Below the pieces are notes generated by a model. It saw only the letters and a list, made by a program, of their open reading frames with translations. It searched no databases and was not told the origin of the DNA. Shown piece by piece: positions 55,282-64,000 of a stretch of DNA of 64,000 bases. The first letter of the stretch is position 1. Every line of letters begins with the position of its first letter. Location: contig CAZSUV010000002.1 in NCBI GenBank assembly GCA_964610125.1, forward strand, positions 120,940 through 184,939, written 5' to 3'. The DNA is from an uncultured Candidatus Saccharibacteria bacterium. Lineage in GTDB: Bacteria > Patescibacteriota > Dojkabacteria > SC72. A program made the position numbers and the translations under genes.

Positions 55282-55976
55282 ACAAAGGAAAATTGTATGT
55301 AGTGGCTACCCCTATCGGTAATCTTGGAGATATGACATTTCGCGCTGTAGATATTCTTAAGCAAGTAGCTTTTGTTTTAGCTGAAGATACAAGAGAATCT
55401 TACAAACTCTTACAACGTTATGATATCCCTACTCAATTAGTATCATACAGGGATCAGAATCATGTGAGAATGATGGAAAAAATTTTAGAAAAATTAGATC
55501 TAGGATTAGATTTAGCACTAATATCTGATTGTGGGACTCCTCTTATCTCTGACCCAGGGTATAGATTGGTCAGAGAATTGAGATTTAAAGGGTATGAGGT
55601 TTTAGCTATTCCTGGCCCAAGTGCATTAATATCTGCACTTTCAGTAAGTGGATTGGCTACAGACAGATTTACTTTCTTTGGATTCTTACCAAAGTCTGAT
55701 GTAAGAAGAGAAAAGCTTTTGAGCGAATATGTAAAGTTAGAATCTACATTGGTATTCTATGAATCTCCTAATCGTTTACTCAAACTTCTTGAAATTCTGA
55801 AAAAGGTTTTTGGGGATGTTAATGTTAGTGTGGCTAGAGATATTACTAAGATGAAAGAGGCATACTTTGTTGGAAATATCTCAAAAGTATTAACAGATAT
55901 TAATGTAAATGATTTTGAAAATAATCCTCATGGGGAATATGTAGTTATGCTTGAGAATAAGGAAGACCAAGATTAA
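55278..55976 (+). CDS. rsmI: 16S rRNA (cytidine1402-2'-O)-methyltransferase RsmI
   Basis: 'LYVVATPIGNLGDMTFRAVDILKQVAFVLAEDTRES' is the tetrapyrrole-methylase-family RsmI N-terminus. The gene overlaps truB by 4 nt. Confidence 0.85.
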   Translation: MNKGKLYVVATPIGNLGDMTFRAVDILKQVAFVLAEDTRESYKLLQRYDIPTQLVSYRDQNHVRMMEKILEKLDLGLDLALISDCGTPLISDPGYRLVRELRFKGYEVLAIPGPSALISALSVSGLATDRFTFFGFLPKSDVRREKLLSEYVKLESTLVFYESPNRLLKLLEILKKVFGDVNVSVARDITKMKEAYFVGNISKVLTDINVNDFENNPHGEYVVMLENKEDQD

Positions 55977-56848
55977 AGGAAAAGGGTTTTGTAATTTTCG
56001 TCTGTAACTGATTCCAATTTCTCCATAGATACTCCTTTTATATCTGTAACTACCTCCATTATTTCTCTTATGTCTGCTGGTTGTCCAAACTTCTCCTTTA
56101 TCTTTTTATTCTTCCTTACTGATTGAGGTGGTAATAATGGTCCATCAGTCTCAAAAAGTATTCTGTCCAATGGTACCTGTTTTAATATCTCTCTAACATT
56201 CTCTCCACTAGGATATGTAATAATGGCATTAAATCCGACATAGAAACCTAAGGCTAAGATATCTTCCATGAATGATATATCTCCTGTGTAGCTATGGAAG
56301 CTTCCTCTCACTTCTCCTTTCCCCTCCTCTACTAATATCCTTAATACATCTCTCACGGTATCTTTTCGTCCTTGAATATCTCGGGCATGAATACTAAGTG
56401 GAAGGTTATATTTTTTTGCTAATGCAATCTGTCTTCTAAATGAAAGCTTTTGTATTTCTTGTAACTCTTCCTGTTGAGCTCTAAGAATGCTTTGATTGAG
56501 ATTGAATTGGAAATAGTCTAATCCCGTTTCTCCTACGGCCTTTATTTTACTAACATTTTTTTCAAATTGAGATTCAAATTCGTTAATATATCTATTGCAA
56601 AATTCATACAGATTTTTTGTTCTCCCTTTTAGTATTGTAGTTTCTTCAAATATTGTAGGATGTAAACCTAGTGCCACATCTATGATATCTGGATATTTTG
56701 ATGCAATATCCAATGTCTCTTGTATATCAATATTGTCAGTGGATTGAGTAAGGATATGCTTTCCACCATCTGAAACAAACTTCTCAACTATCTCTGTAAT
56801 ATTCCTGTTTAAAGGCTCAAGATTTAAATGTATATGTGAATCGTGCAT
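55973..56848 (-). CDS. tatD: TatD-family metal-dependent hydrolase (DNase)
   Basis: The N-terminus is 'MHDSHIHLN' (HxH). 'LSIHARD', 'GSFHSY' and 'LFETDGP' are TatD motifs. Confidence 0.85.
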   Translation of the reverse strand: MHDSHIHLNLEPLNRNITEIVEKFVSDGGKHILTQSTDNIDIQETLDIASKYPDIIDVALGLHPTIFEETTILKGRTKNLYEFCNRYINEFESQFEKNVSKIKAVGETGLDYFQFNLNQSILRAQQEELQEIQKLSFRRQIALAKKYNLPLSIHARDIQGRKDTVRDVLRILVEEGKGEVRGSFHSYTGDISFMEDILALGFYVGFNAIITYPSGENVREILKQVPLDRILFETDGPLLPPQSVRKNKKIKEKFGQPADIREIMEVVTDIKGVSMEKLESVTDENYKTLFL

Positions 56849-56939
56849 GGAAGAATTTTAACATATATTAGAGGGGAAATTACTACAAGATTTAGAAACT
56901 ATAACTTCGAGCTTGTAATGTGGTAGAATATTCCTCGTC

Positions 56940-57650
56940 ATGGGCAAAATAAAACAAAGAAACTGGTTGATCATAATAACCATTTTCTTAGTAATAGTAT
57001 CTGGGGCAGGTTTGTTCCTTTCGATACAACAAAAATTGTCATTTAACTCCTGTGCATATGGAGAAAATGTCTACAGAAGTGGTGATGAAATTCCAGCATA
57101 TAATGGGCGGGATGAGTGTAAGTGTAATGCTGACGGAACTATTAAGTGTAATGATAGTACAGATGAGCTTACATATAGTGGATATTCTTCGCAAAACCTA
57201 AAATTCACATATCAATATATAAACCTTTTAACGGATCAAGCATTACTTCAAGAAAATGTTGAATCAAACTCTGCTTCATATATTAACGGTGTTTTAAAGG
57301 TAAGCTTTGAAAGAAATGTTTTATGTTCCAATGATGAAATTGCGCCTACTCAGTCTGGGCTTTACGAATTTTCTTCGAAGGATTTAAAACTAACCATAAT
57401 GACTAATACAGATGCAACTAAATATATTGCACCTTGTAAGATCTTGAATAGCTTTGAGATTTCGGGTTTGGATATTACTTTAGATGAAAATTTTCAAATA
57501 TACTATCAATCGGATAATGGAAATCTAAAAAGTCTGGGTGCATGTGTAGAAGGTAACACATTGTATGGTGATCAAGAAGTTTTCAAATCCAAAACGACAT
57601 CTTCAATTTGTATTTGTAAGGTAGGAACTATTAGTTGCAAAGAACTTTAG
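56940..57650 (+). CDS. secreted/membrane-anchored Cys-rich hypothetical protein
   Basis: It has a signal anchor 'WLIIITIFLVIVSGAGLFL'. Paired Cys motifs 'CAYGENVYRSGDEIPAYNGRDECKCNADGTIKCND' and 'CICKVGTISCKEL' are present. Confidence 0.45.
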   Translation: MGKIKQRNWLIIITIFLVIVSGAGLFLSIQQKLSFNSCAYGENVYRSGDEIPAYNGRDECKCNADGTIKCNDSTDELTYSGYSSQNLKFTYQYINLLTDQALLQENVESNSASYINGVLKVSFERNVLCSNDEIAPTQSGLYEFSSKDLKLTIMTNTDATKYIAPCKILNSFEISGLDITLDENFQIYYQSDNGNLKSLGACVEGNTLYGDQEVFKSKTTSSICICKVGTISCKEL

Positions 57651-58678
57651 AGTAATCCTAAATATATTCCTAAGATACTAAAGAGTGCTGTGAATAGCCA
57701 GAATCTCATTGTTACTTTGTATTGAGGCCATCCCTTAGCTTGAAAATGATGATGTAATGGAGCGATTATGAATACTCTTTTTTTAAAGAATTTCAAGCTC
57801 AAGATTTGTATAGCACTAGATCCCATTATGATCCATGTCATTGCTGACATAGCCAGATATGGAATTACATTGTCTGTTACTACTCCAATGAAAAATATTG
57901 CGAAACCAAGTGGCATTGCTCCCGGCCCACCGTTCCAGAATCTTGCTGGTGGAATGTTGAAGTAAAGATCGATAACTTGTACTCCAAGAATGATACATAA
58001 AATAGGTATAAATTCTGTTTGTCCTTGTACAAGCAAGAGCACAATCATTGCAAAGTTAATAATTGAGAAAATCCCCATCATTAATCCATCTAGCCCATCG
58101 GTGAGCTCTGCTGAATAGATTGCGAGTTGTCCTACAAATCCAAGAAGTATAACTATCAATGGTGTAATGGATATTGAAAATATATTAAAGAATGAGAGTG
58201 ATTCGAATAGTCCAGTTTTGTATAGTAGGAACATAATCCCAATATTCATTAATGTCGCAAATGCGAGCTTTCCCATCCTCCACTCAAATGTTTCTTGGAA
58301 TGCTTTCATCTTTTCATTGTTTTTAAAACCATTTGTGAATACAACGACATCCAAGAATCCCCATAAGCCATACAAGACAAATCCGAGTAGAAATACTTTA
58401 ATAACTGGGGTTAAAGTTACAGTTAAGGCAACAAGGATAGGTACAACGATCCATATTAAGATGCCTCCCATATTAGGAGTACCATTGGTCTCAGTAACCC
58501 TCATGATTCTAAGGAAAAGTGAATTATCACCATTTTCTTCAGCCCCTATTTTGGACTTCTTTAGCCCACTGACCTGGTTAAATTTATACAAGATACTAAT
58601 CATGATTGGAGCAAATATAGCTGAGCAAAGAATAGCTAAAAAGAGGTAATTCAATCCTGTCCTTAAGATGTCTATCAT
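57647..58678 (-). CDS. mraY: phospho-N-acetylmuramoyl-pentapeptide transferase MraY
   Basis: 'NGTPNMGGILIW' (MraY 'GTPTMGG'), 'LTDGLDGLMMGI' and 'APLHHHFQAKGWPQ' (HHH motif) are present in a polytopic membrane protein. Confidence 0.85.
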   Translation of the reverse strand: MIDILRTGLNYLFLAILCSAIFAPIMISILYKFNQVSGLKKSKIGAEENGDNSLFLRIMRVTETNGTPNMGGILIWIVVPILVALTVTLTPVIKVFLLGFVLYGLWGFLDVVVFTNGFKNNEKMKAFQETFEWRMGKLAFATLMNIGIMFLLYKTGLFESLSFFNIFSISITPLIVILLGFVGQLAIYSAELTDGLDGLMMGIFSIINFAMIVLLLVQGQTEFIPILCIILGVQVIDLYFNIPPARFWNGGPGAMPLGFAIFFIGVVTDNVIPYLAMSAMTWIIMGSSAIQILSLKFFKKRVFIIAPLHHHFQAKGWPQYKVTMRFWLFTALFSILGIYLGLL

Positions 58679-58711
58679 ATGTACTTTCTTTTAATTAAGT
58701 TATCTATTATC

Positions 58712-60547
58712 TCAATTCTGCTTCTGTATTTCTAGGTCATCCTTTATGGCAAGGAAAATATCTCTCCAAACGGGTACGGATGTGTATGATGCATACGTAC
58801 TTACTTGTGGTTCTTCTAATTTAACTATCATAATGAATTTTGGATTATCATATGGAGCAAAGCCAACCGCAGTTGCATTACTTAGATCATCTAGGTAACC
58901 TGCTCCATCCGATTTAGCAACTTGTGCAGTACCGGTTTTTCCTGCTATTTTGTAATTTTTCAGTTCTTTTGCCAACCCTCCAAATGCATCTTGTTGTACA
59001 CCGTCTGCCATATATCTACTGATCGTATCTGCAGCTTCCTTAGACACGGGTTGTGAGATTATCTGTGGTGTAATATTTATAGTTTCTTTCTCATCACTTA
59101 TCTGTGAAATTACATAGGGTCTCATTCTTGTTCCATGGTTGGCGATTGCGCTTAATGCAGATACTACCTGTAACTCTGTTGCGGAAATCCCTTGCCCATA
59201 TGATGCAGTAATCTGATCTAATAGTGTCCATTGGGCTAAAGGCTTCATATAACTGGTACTTTCATCTTGTAATCCTACTCCAATGAATTGGCCGATACCA
59301 AAGGCTTGAAGGTATGAGTAAAATTTAGGAAGATCGACAGTTAATCCTGCTTTAGCGGCACATGGATTATTTGATTTTGCAAATATTCCTGCAATATTCA
59401 GTACACCATTAGCTTTTTTGTTCCAAGTATATATGAATCTACCTTTTAAATCGGCATATCCTGTCTCCGCAAACAAATCGAGTTTTCCATTACTATCATC
59501 ACAGGTATAATCTTCTTTTATGGTTCCTGCGTCGAGTGCAATTGCCAAGGTTATTGGTTTTTGTACTGATCCATATTCATATACGTCTGATACTGCCCTA
59601 TTCTTTAATATCCATGGCTCTGAAATTCTCCAATACTCTGATGGGGTATATGTCGGATAGTTGGCCATAGCCAATATTGCTCCTGTTTTAGGATCCATAA
59701 TTATGACTGAGCCACTTTTTGATCTTGTATCTTTTACGCCCTTTTCTAACTGTTCCTCTGCTTTTGTTTGAAGATTTGGATTAATAGTTAATGTAAAGTC
59801 TTTTCCTTCTCGAGGAAGTATAGGGTCATATTCAGATGTAAGGATAACATTTCCTGCGGAGTCCTTTTCTTCGTATGTATAACCTTCAGTACCATTTAAA
59901 TCTCTGAAGTAATAGCCTTGGATGCCATATTGCCCTATGGCGTCTCCTGTTTCATCTTTTCCAATGAATCCAAGCAAATGTGCAGCTAGAGTTCCATTTG
60001 GATATACCCTTTGCTCTCTATTTTCAAAATAGAGCCCAAATCCTGCTGTACCGTCTCCAAATATATTGGCTTGTGCTAGAGCATTTTTAATATCTGTAGG
60101 TATGTTTTTCGCTAGGTTGACATAGACAAAGCTTTCAGTGATTTTCTCCCCAATAGTGTTTTTTTCTACACTTAGAATACTTGCAACCTCTGTTACAAAT
60201 TTATCCTTTTGATCAAAAAATCGTTTTCTTTCTGTTTCGTCTGTACTGAGTGTTGCATATACATCCCATACTGGTTGGTCAACAGCGAGTATAGTACCGT
60301 CTGCTGCAGAGATTTTACCTCTGGAAGCTGTTTGTGTACCACTTGATTGGTATTGTTCGCTTGCAAGCGATTTGAGGGCTCCAGAATCGATAACCTGCCA
60401 TCGGAAGATTTGTAGGAGTATTAAGCCTGCAAGCATGGAAACGGCATAACCAACTAAGGAGATATTGTTGTGATGGGATTTATTAGTAGAAATCTTGTTA
60501 CCCCTAACCTTTTTTTGAGAAGTATAGAGATGGTTTAGCTTAGCCAT
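58712..60547 (-). CDS. ftsI: class B penicillin-binding protein (FtsI/PBP2-type transpeptidase)
   Basis: It has a signal anchor, 'SVQKP' (SxxK), 'SSN' and 'KTGTAQ'. It lies in the dcw position after ftsL. Confidence 0.85.
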   Translation of the reverse strand: MAKLNHLYTSQKKVRGNKISTNKSHHNNISLVGYAVSMLAGLILLQIFRWQVIDSGALKSLASEQYQSSGTQTASRGKISAADGTILAVDQPVWDVYATLSTDETERKRFFDQKDKFVTEVASILSVEKNTIGEKITESFVYVNLAKNIPTDIKNALAQANIFGDGTAGFGLYFENREQRVYPNGTLAAHLLGFIGKDETGDAIGQYGIQGYYFRDLNGTEGYTYEEKDSAGNVILTSEYDPILPREGKDFTLTINPNLQTKAEEQLEKGVKDTRSKSGSVIIMDPKTGAILAMANYPTYTPSEYWRISEPWILKNRAVSDVYEYGSVQKPITLAIALDAGTIKEDYTCDDSNGKLDLFAETGYADLKGRFIYTWNKKANGVLNIAGIFAKSNNPCAAKAGLTVDLPKFYSYLQAFGIGQFIGVGLQDESTSYMKPLAQWTLLDQITASYGQGISATELQVVSALSAIANHGTRMRPYVISQISDEKETINITPQIISQPVSKEAADTISRYMADGVQQDAFGGLAKELKNYKIAGKTGTAQVAKSDGAGYLDDLSNATAVGFAPYDNPKFIMIVKLEEPQVSTYASYTSVPVWRDIFLAIKDDLEIQKQN

Positions 60548-60548
60548 T

Positions 60549-60851
60549 TTATTTTTCTGCTAATACTGCAGATTGCTCTAAATATATAATTGATTTTTGG
60601 CTTTGTGATCTAATGTCTAATTGCTTGTCAGCTAATTTTTTAATGACAGTAATGGAGCTTGTTTTTGCGACTTGCTCTTCCATTGTTCTGTTTTCTTCAA
60701 CTAGGAAGTTCTTTTCTCTATTTAAATTTTGTAATTCAGTACCAAGTGGATTTAGTACAGCATTTATAACTAATTGAGAGAATACAAATGCTACCATTGA
60801 AAATGTGAATATGATTGCAGGTATATTTTTTCTTGTATTGTAAATTGTCAT
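60549..60851 (-). CDS. ftsL: cell division protein FtsL-like
   Basis: It is a 100-aa bitopic protein with a transmembrane segment 'IIFTFSMVAFVFSQLVINAV' followed by a coiled coil 'LQNLNREKNFLVEENRTMEEQVAK'. It sits between rsmH and ftsI. Confidence 0.6.
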   Translation of the reverse strand: MTIYNTRKNIPAIIFTFSMVAFVFSQLVINAVLNPLGTELQNLNREKNFLVEENRTMEEQVAKTSSITVIKKLADKQLDIRSQSQKSIIYLEQSAVLAEK

Positions 60852-60869
60852 ACTGGGCAGTACTAGATT

Positions 60870-61748
60870 TTAATTTTTAATTAGACATCTCAACTTAGCT
60901 GAAGCGGATCTAGAGTTTTGCTCTATCTCAGTGTCGGTTGGGGCAATTGAACTTTTGAAGAGTAATTCACCTTCCCCGCTTACAGCCTTGTCGTTAAAGT
61001 AAGTTTTCACAATTCTGTCTTCCAATGAGTGGAATGTTATCACTGATAATCTTCCATTCTTTGATAAGAGCTTAAAAGATCTATCTAAGGTTTCAGTAAG
61101 CGAATCTAACTCATCATTTACCACGATCCGCAGGGCCTGAAAGACTCTGCGGGAAGGGTTCTTGATAGTATTATTCGCCGGTACGACTTTGTAGATAAGT
61201 CTTGTAAGATCTCCGACAGTATTAATGTGTTCGATATTCTTCTTAATAGTTTTAGCTATTAATGCTGAATATCTTTCTTCTCCATATTCTAAGAATAGTT
61301 TGGCTAATTGCTTGTCATTTAAGACAACCAATATATCCTTTGCTGTGACACCTAAGTTGGTATCCATTCTCATATCTAAAGGTTCTTGATCTTCTTGATA
61401 ACTGAATCCTCTGTTGTGTGATTCTTCTAGTTGTCTTGAAGAAAGGCCTAAATCCATGAGTATGCCATCTGGAGTTCTTCCTATTTCAGCTACTAGTTTA
61501 TCTATGTGTCTGAAATTGGATTGTTTTATTATCCAGTTAGGTTGAGTTTTGTAATAACTTTTTACAAACTCAATTGCAAAACTATCTTGATCGATACTAA
61601 GTAGTAATCCTTTGGATGATAATTGTTTTAAGATTGCTTGACTGTGTCCACCATCTCCTAATGTACAATCTACATAAAAGCCATCAGGCTTTATGTTTAA
61701 TGAATCGATTGATTCGTTTAAGAGTACTGGTACATGTATTTTATCCAT
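60870..61748 (-). CDS. rsmH: 16S rRNA m4C1402 methyltransferase RsmH (MraW)
   Basis: 'HVPVLLNESID...YVDCTLGDGGHSQAIL' is the RsmH signature. Confidence 0.9.
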   Translation of the reverse strand: MDKIHVPVLLNESIDSLNIKPDGFYVDCTLGDGGHSQAILKQLSSKGLLLSIDQDSFAIEFVKSYYKTQPNWIIKQSNFRHIDKLVAEIGRTPDGILMDLGLSSRQLEESHNRGFSYQEDQEPLDMRMDTNLGVTAKDILVVLNDKQLAKLFLEYGEERYSALIAKTIKKNIEHINTVGDLTRLIYKVVPANNTIKNPSRRVFQALRIVVNDELDSLTETLDRSFKLLSKNGRLSVITFHSLEDRIVKTYFNDKAVSGEGELLFKSSIAPTDTEIEQNSRSASAKLRCLIKN

Positions 61749-62184
61749 TGTTCTTGTTGTTCATATTAGTCAATTCTTGAGCAATTTCATCTCCGTTTTT
61801 CTTTAAATATTCTAATCGTTTTTGCCACATATCTTTGTCCCAAACTTCTACCCAATTTACTAAACCAATGAAGACTACGTCTTCTTTTAATTGGGCATGA
61901 TCAAATAATGCTTGTGGGATTATAAATCTTCCTTGCTTATCTGTTTGGATCTCTGTAGCACTTCCGACTAAGAATCTACTAGTATCACGGATGTTTTTGT
62001 TTATAAAAGAGCCATTTATAACATCTTGGGCTATTTTTTGCCACATATCTTGGTTTACAAGTATAAGTGCATCTTCATATCCCCTTGTGAGTATTATGTT
62101 CTCACCTAGTTCATTTCTGAACTTTTTGGGAAGTGATGTTCTTTTCTTATTGCTAAGCTTTCCATGGTACTCTCCTATTAACAT
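61741..62184 (-). CDS. mraZ: transcriptional regulator MraZ
   Basis: 'HGKLSNKKRTSLPKKFRNELG' aligns with the MraZ N-terminal 'LDSKGRLSVPTRYREQL'. The protein is 147 aa. Confidence 0.85.
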   Translation of the reverse strand: MLIGEYHGKLSNKKRTSLPKKFRNELGENIILTRGYEDALILVNQDMWQKIAQDVINGSFINKNIRDTSRFLVGSATEIQTDKQGRFIIPQALFDHAQLKEDVVFIGLVNWVEVWDKDMWQKRLEYLKKNGDEIAQELTNMNNKNNG

Positions 62185-62196
62185 ATTAGGATTTTA

Positions 62197-62221
62197 CCAC
62201 TTCTCACCACTTCATGCCACT
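62197..62221 (-). promoter_or_regulatory. three direct GTGG(N6) repeats at 10-bp period immediately upstream of mraZ (MraZ-box-like)
   Basis: The minus strand reads 'AGTGGcatgaAGTGGtgagaAGTGGtaaaa', ending 13 nt before the mraZ ATG. MraZ is known to bind three TGGGN direct repeats at 10-bp spacing in its own promoter. Confidence 0.5.
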
Positions 62222-62475
62222 AATTTAACATTAACCAATATAACCGTCAAGAAAATATAACTACAGGATAAGATATAATATTCTAGGCTATACAATATAG
62301 ACAGTTTAAAGAGACATCATTAGTTTGATGTCTAATTTGTGAACACGAACCGATAGCAATATTTATTAGAAAACAAAAAATAATAATGCTTGTAAAATAA
62401 CAATATCCTAAGGGGTTGTGCAAATTATGGTCTTCAGTATAATGAAATAGATATAAACTAATAACAGAAATTACG

Positions 62476-63171
62476 ATGAAGAAGGTGGTAATATTACTAC
62501 ATGGATGGCAAAGAACTAAAGGTGATTGGGAGAGTCTTGAACGTGAATTGAGCCAGAAATATAATGTAGTATCGTGGGATTTACCTGGTTTTGGGCAAGA
62601 ACCTCTTATTGATGATAATTGGTCTATCCCTGAATATGCTTCATGGGTTAATGGAAAGATTTTAAAGGAATTCCCTAATAAAAAGATTATCCTATTAGGA
62701 CATTCATTTGGAGGAAGGATTGCTTCATATCTTGCATCATTTCATCCAGATTATCTCTTCTCCCTGATATTGTATGCTTCCCCTAGTCTTTACAGGCCTA
62801 CAGCTCAGATTAAAAGAAAAATCAGAACATACAAATTCTTAAAGAAGATTTTGTCACAGTCATTGTTACAAAGCTTTAAAAGTGATGATCAAAAGAATGT
62901 AGAAAATACATCGTTAGAAAAAATATTTAAAAGAACAATTCCATTTGATCAAACAGAAGAACTAAAGAAGATTAATGTCCCAACATATATCATCCAAGGG
63001 GATAAAGATGCTTCAGTAAGAATTGAAATAGCAAATGAAATGCATGATTTAATTCCGAATTCCGAGGAAGTAATTGTTCCTAATGCGACTCACTTTTTAC
63101 ATTTAGAAAATTCAATTCTATTTAATGGTATTATAAAAAAAATTATTTCTGAAATAGATGAAAATGATTAA
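62476..63171 (+). CDS. alpha/beta-fold hydrolase
   Basis: 'VVILLHGWQRTKGDWE' is present and 'ILLGHSFGGRIAS' is the nucleophile elbow GxSxG. A C-terminal His is in 'ATHFLHLE'. Confidence 0.75.
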   Translation: MKKVVILLHGWQRTKGDWESLERELSQKYNVVSWDLPGFGQEPLIDDNWSIPEYASWVNGKILKEFPNKKIILLGHSFGGRIASYLASFHPDYLFSLILYASPSLYRPTAQIKRKIRTYKFLKKILSQSLLQSFKSDDQKNVENTSLEKIFKRTIPFDQTEELKKINVPTYIIQGDKDASVRIEIANEMHDLIPNSEEVIVPNATHFLHLENSILFNGIIKKIISEIDEND

Positions 63172-63277
63172 GAAGATATTTCCTTATGAAGATTTTTTAT
63201 ATATTCTTCAGTTGGAAGAATATTATTATGATAGATATTTTAGAAAGGCAATAAAACTTCTTTTTAAAAGGGGGTTT

Positions 63278-64000
63278 ATGATTCATGGAAAGTTAGTTTT
63301 AACTTCTCGGATAAAGATAACGTATATATTTTCAATTATTTTAACTTTGTATATTCCTCTTTTACTGAGCTTACTGTCCCTCATTGTTTGGAGTAATTTG
63401 CTAATGGTTGAAGTAATATTTTTTGTTTTATTAATTTTTTCTCTGATACTTATTCCTATATGGATAGGTCTTTCAAGTCTAATGCTTGAACCTTTCTATA
63501 ATCTAATAAAAAAGAATTTACAAAAGAAAGCTTTGACACTGGTTAATGAAATCAATACAAAGAATATTATGATTGTGGGGTCATATGGTAAAACTACGAC
63601 CAAGAACTTCATTCAGCAATTAATACAGTACAATTACAGAACGCAAATGGTGGCTGGAAATATAAATACACCTACTGGAATAGCCGCCTGGTTATTAAAA
63701 AATTTGGATAAAAATACTGAAGTATTAGTTGCCGAAACTGATGGATATAAACTTGGAGAGATTGCTGATTGTTGTAAAATCATTTCTCCTGACTTTGTTA
63801 TTATTACTGCCATTGGAGATCAGCATTTGGAAAGATTAGGTTCTAAAAAAAGATTGGTGGAAACTTTATTAGAGGCAATCAGATATTCTAAAAAGAATGC
63901 CCCTATTATTTTAACTAATAAAACGAAAGAGGATTTCTTGTCTTTAGGATTTGATATTTTTAAGATGTATGGAGAAGATCGGCTTATCATAATATCAGGT
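63278..64000 (+). CDS. Mur-ligase-family protein (MurF/MurE-like), 5' partial that runs off the window
   Basis: 'IMIVGSYGKTTTKNFIQQLI' is the Mur ligase P-loop and 'VAETDGYKLGEIADCCKIISPDFVIITAIGDQHLERLGS' is the central-domain motif. The first roughly 80 aa are hydrophobic ('LTLYIPLLLSLLSLIVWSNLLMVEVIFFVLLIFSLILIPIWIGL') instead of a typical Mur N-terminal domain. Confidence 0.55.
   Translation, partial: MIHGKLVLTSRIKITYIFSIILTLYIPLLLSLLSLIVWSNLLMVEVIFFVLLIFSLILIPIWIGLSSLMLEPFYNLIKKNLQKKALTLVNEINTKNIMIVGSYGKTTTKNFIQQLIQYNYRTQMVAGNINTPTGIAAWLLKNLDKNTEVLVAETDGYKLGEIADCCKIISPDFVIITAIGDQHLERLGSKKRLVETLLEAIRYSKKNAPIILTNKTKEDFLSLGFDIFKMYGEDRLIIISG

Noticed and set aside
1-64000. CRISPR arrays, rRNA genes, and transposases or integrases
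   Set aside because: There are no regularly spaced direct repeats and no rRNA-like conserved stretches. No ORF has DDE, tyrosine or serine recombinase motifs. The intergenic space is too short to hide such features.

Overview
The window is AT-rich (roughly one-third GC by eye) with very densely packed genes, many with overlapping stop/start codons. The gene content looks like a small-genome, candidate-phyla-radiation/Patescibacteria-type bacterium, but that assignment is inference. Most of the window is conserved housekeeping. It begins with a type IV pilus block: three prepilin-like genes, a CheY-like receiver and pilM/N/O. It then contains rpsP, a KH-protein gene, rnc, nusB and rpmF (found by hand translation, 59 aa), the thrS-infC-rpmI-rplT-pheS-pheT operon, tig-clpP, mutS, hisS, a class A PBP, recG, a Rel/SpoT homologue, tyrS, rarA, truB, rsmI, tatD, a partial dcw cluster (mraZ-rsmH-ftsL-ftsI-mraY) and one tRNA-Val(GAC). 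Several segments do not fit this pattern and are the main findings: (1) 48.3-51.5 kb, a tandem array of six small acidic orphan proteins, four sharing an FP motif and two sharing a duplicated leaderless-type promoter element. (2) 52.8-53.4 kb, a gap with no ORF-track entry that holds two copies of a module made of a promoter, a small tail-anchored peptide ORF and a conserved hairpin. (3) 12.5-15.3 kb, a cluster next to tRNA-Val containing an NDT-like-RHH fusion, an ASCH protein, a pentapeptide-repeat protein, a YbaK deacylase and a wHTH-NUDIX fusion. (4) 7.4-10.5 kb, a membrane-anchored ClpA/C-type unfoldase that appears to lack the ClpP-docking loop, co-transcribed with a small membrane protein. 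(5) 20.8-23.3 kb, a PEP-synthase-like protein whose catalytic His and Cys appear substituted. (6) 38.8-42.9 kb, a 1378-aa surface protein built from an internal duplication of DUF2341-like, phage-tail-collar-like and FN3-like modules with about ten [ST]-H-x-H motifs. (7) 17.8-19.6 kb, a sortase with a divergently encoded candidate substrate carrying an LPVAAG sorting motif. (8) Smaller items: a perfect 22-bp GATC-rich palindrome, MraZ-box-like GTGG repeats, a hidden 36-aa ORF between the Rel/SpoT homologue and recG, and an atypical OmpR-type regulator. No CRISPR array, rRNA or mobile element was found. All domain calls are by-eye motif recognition without database searches.
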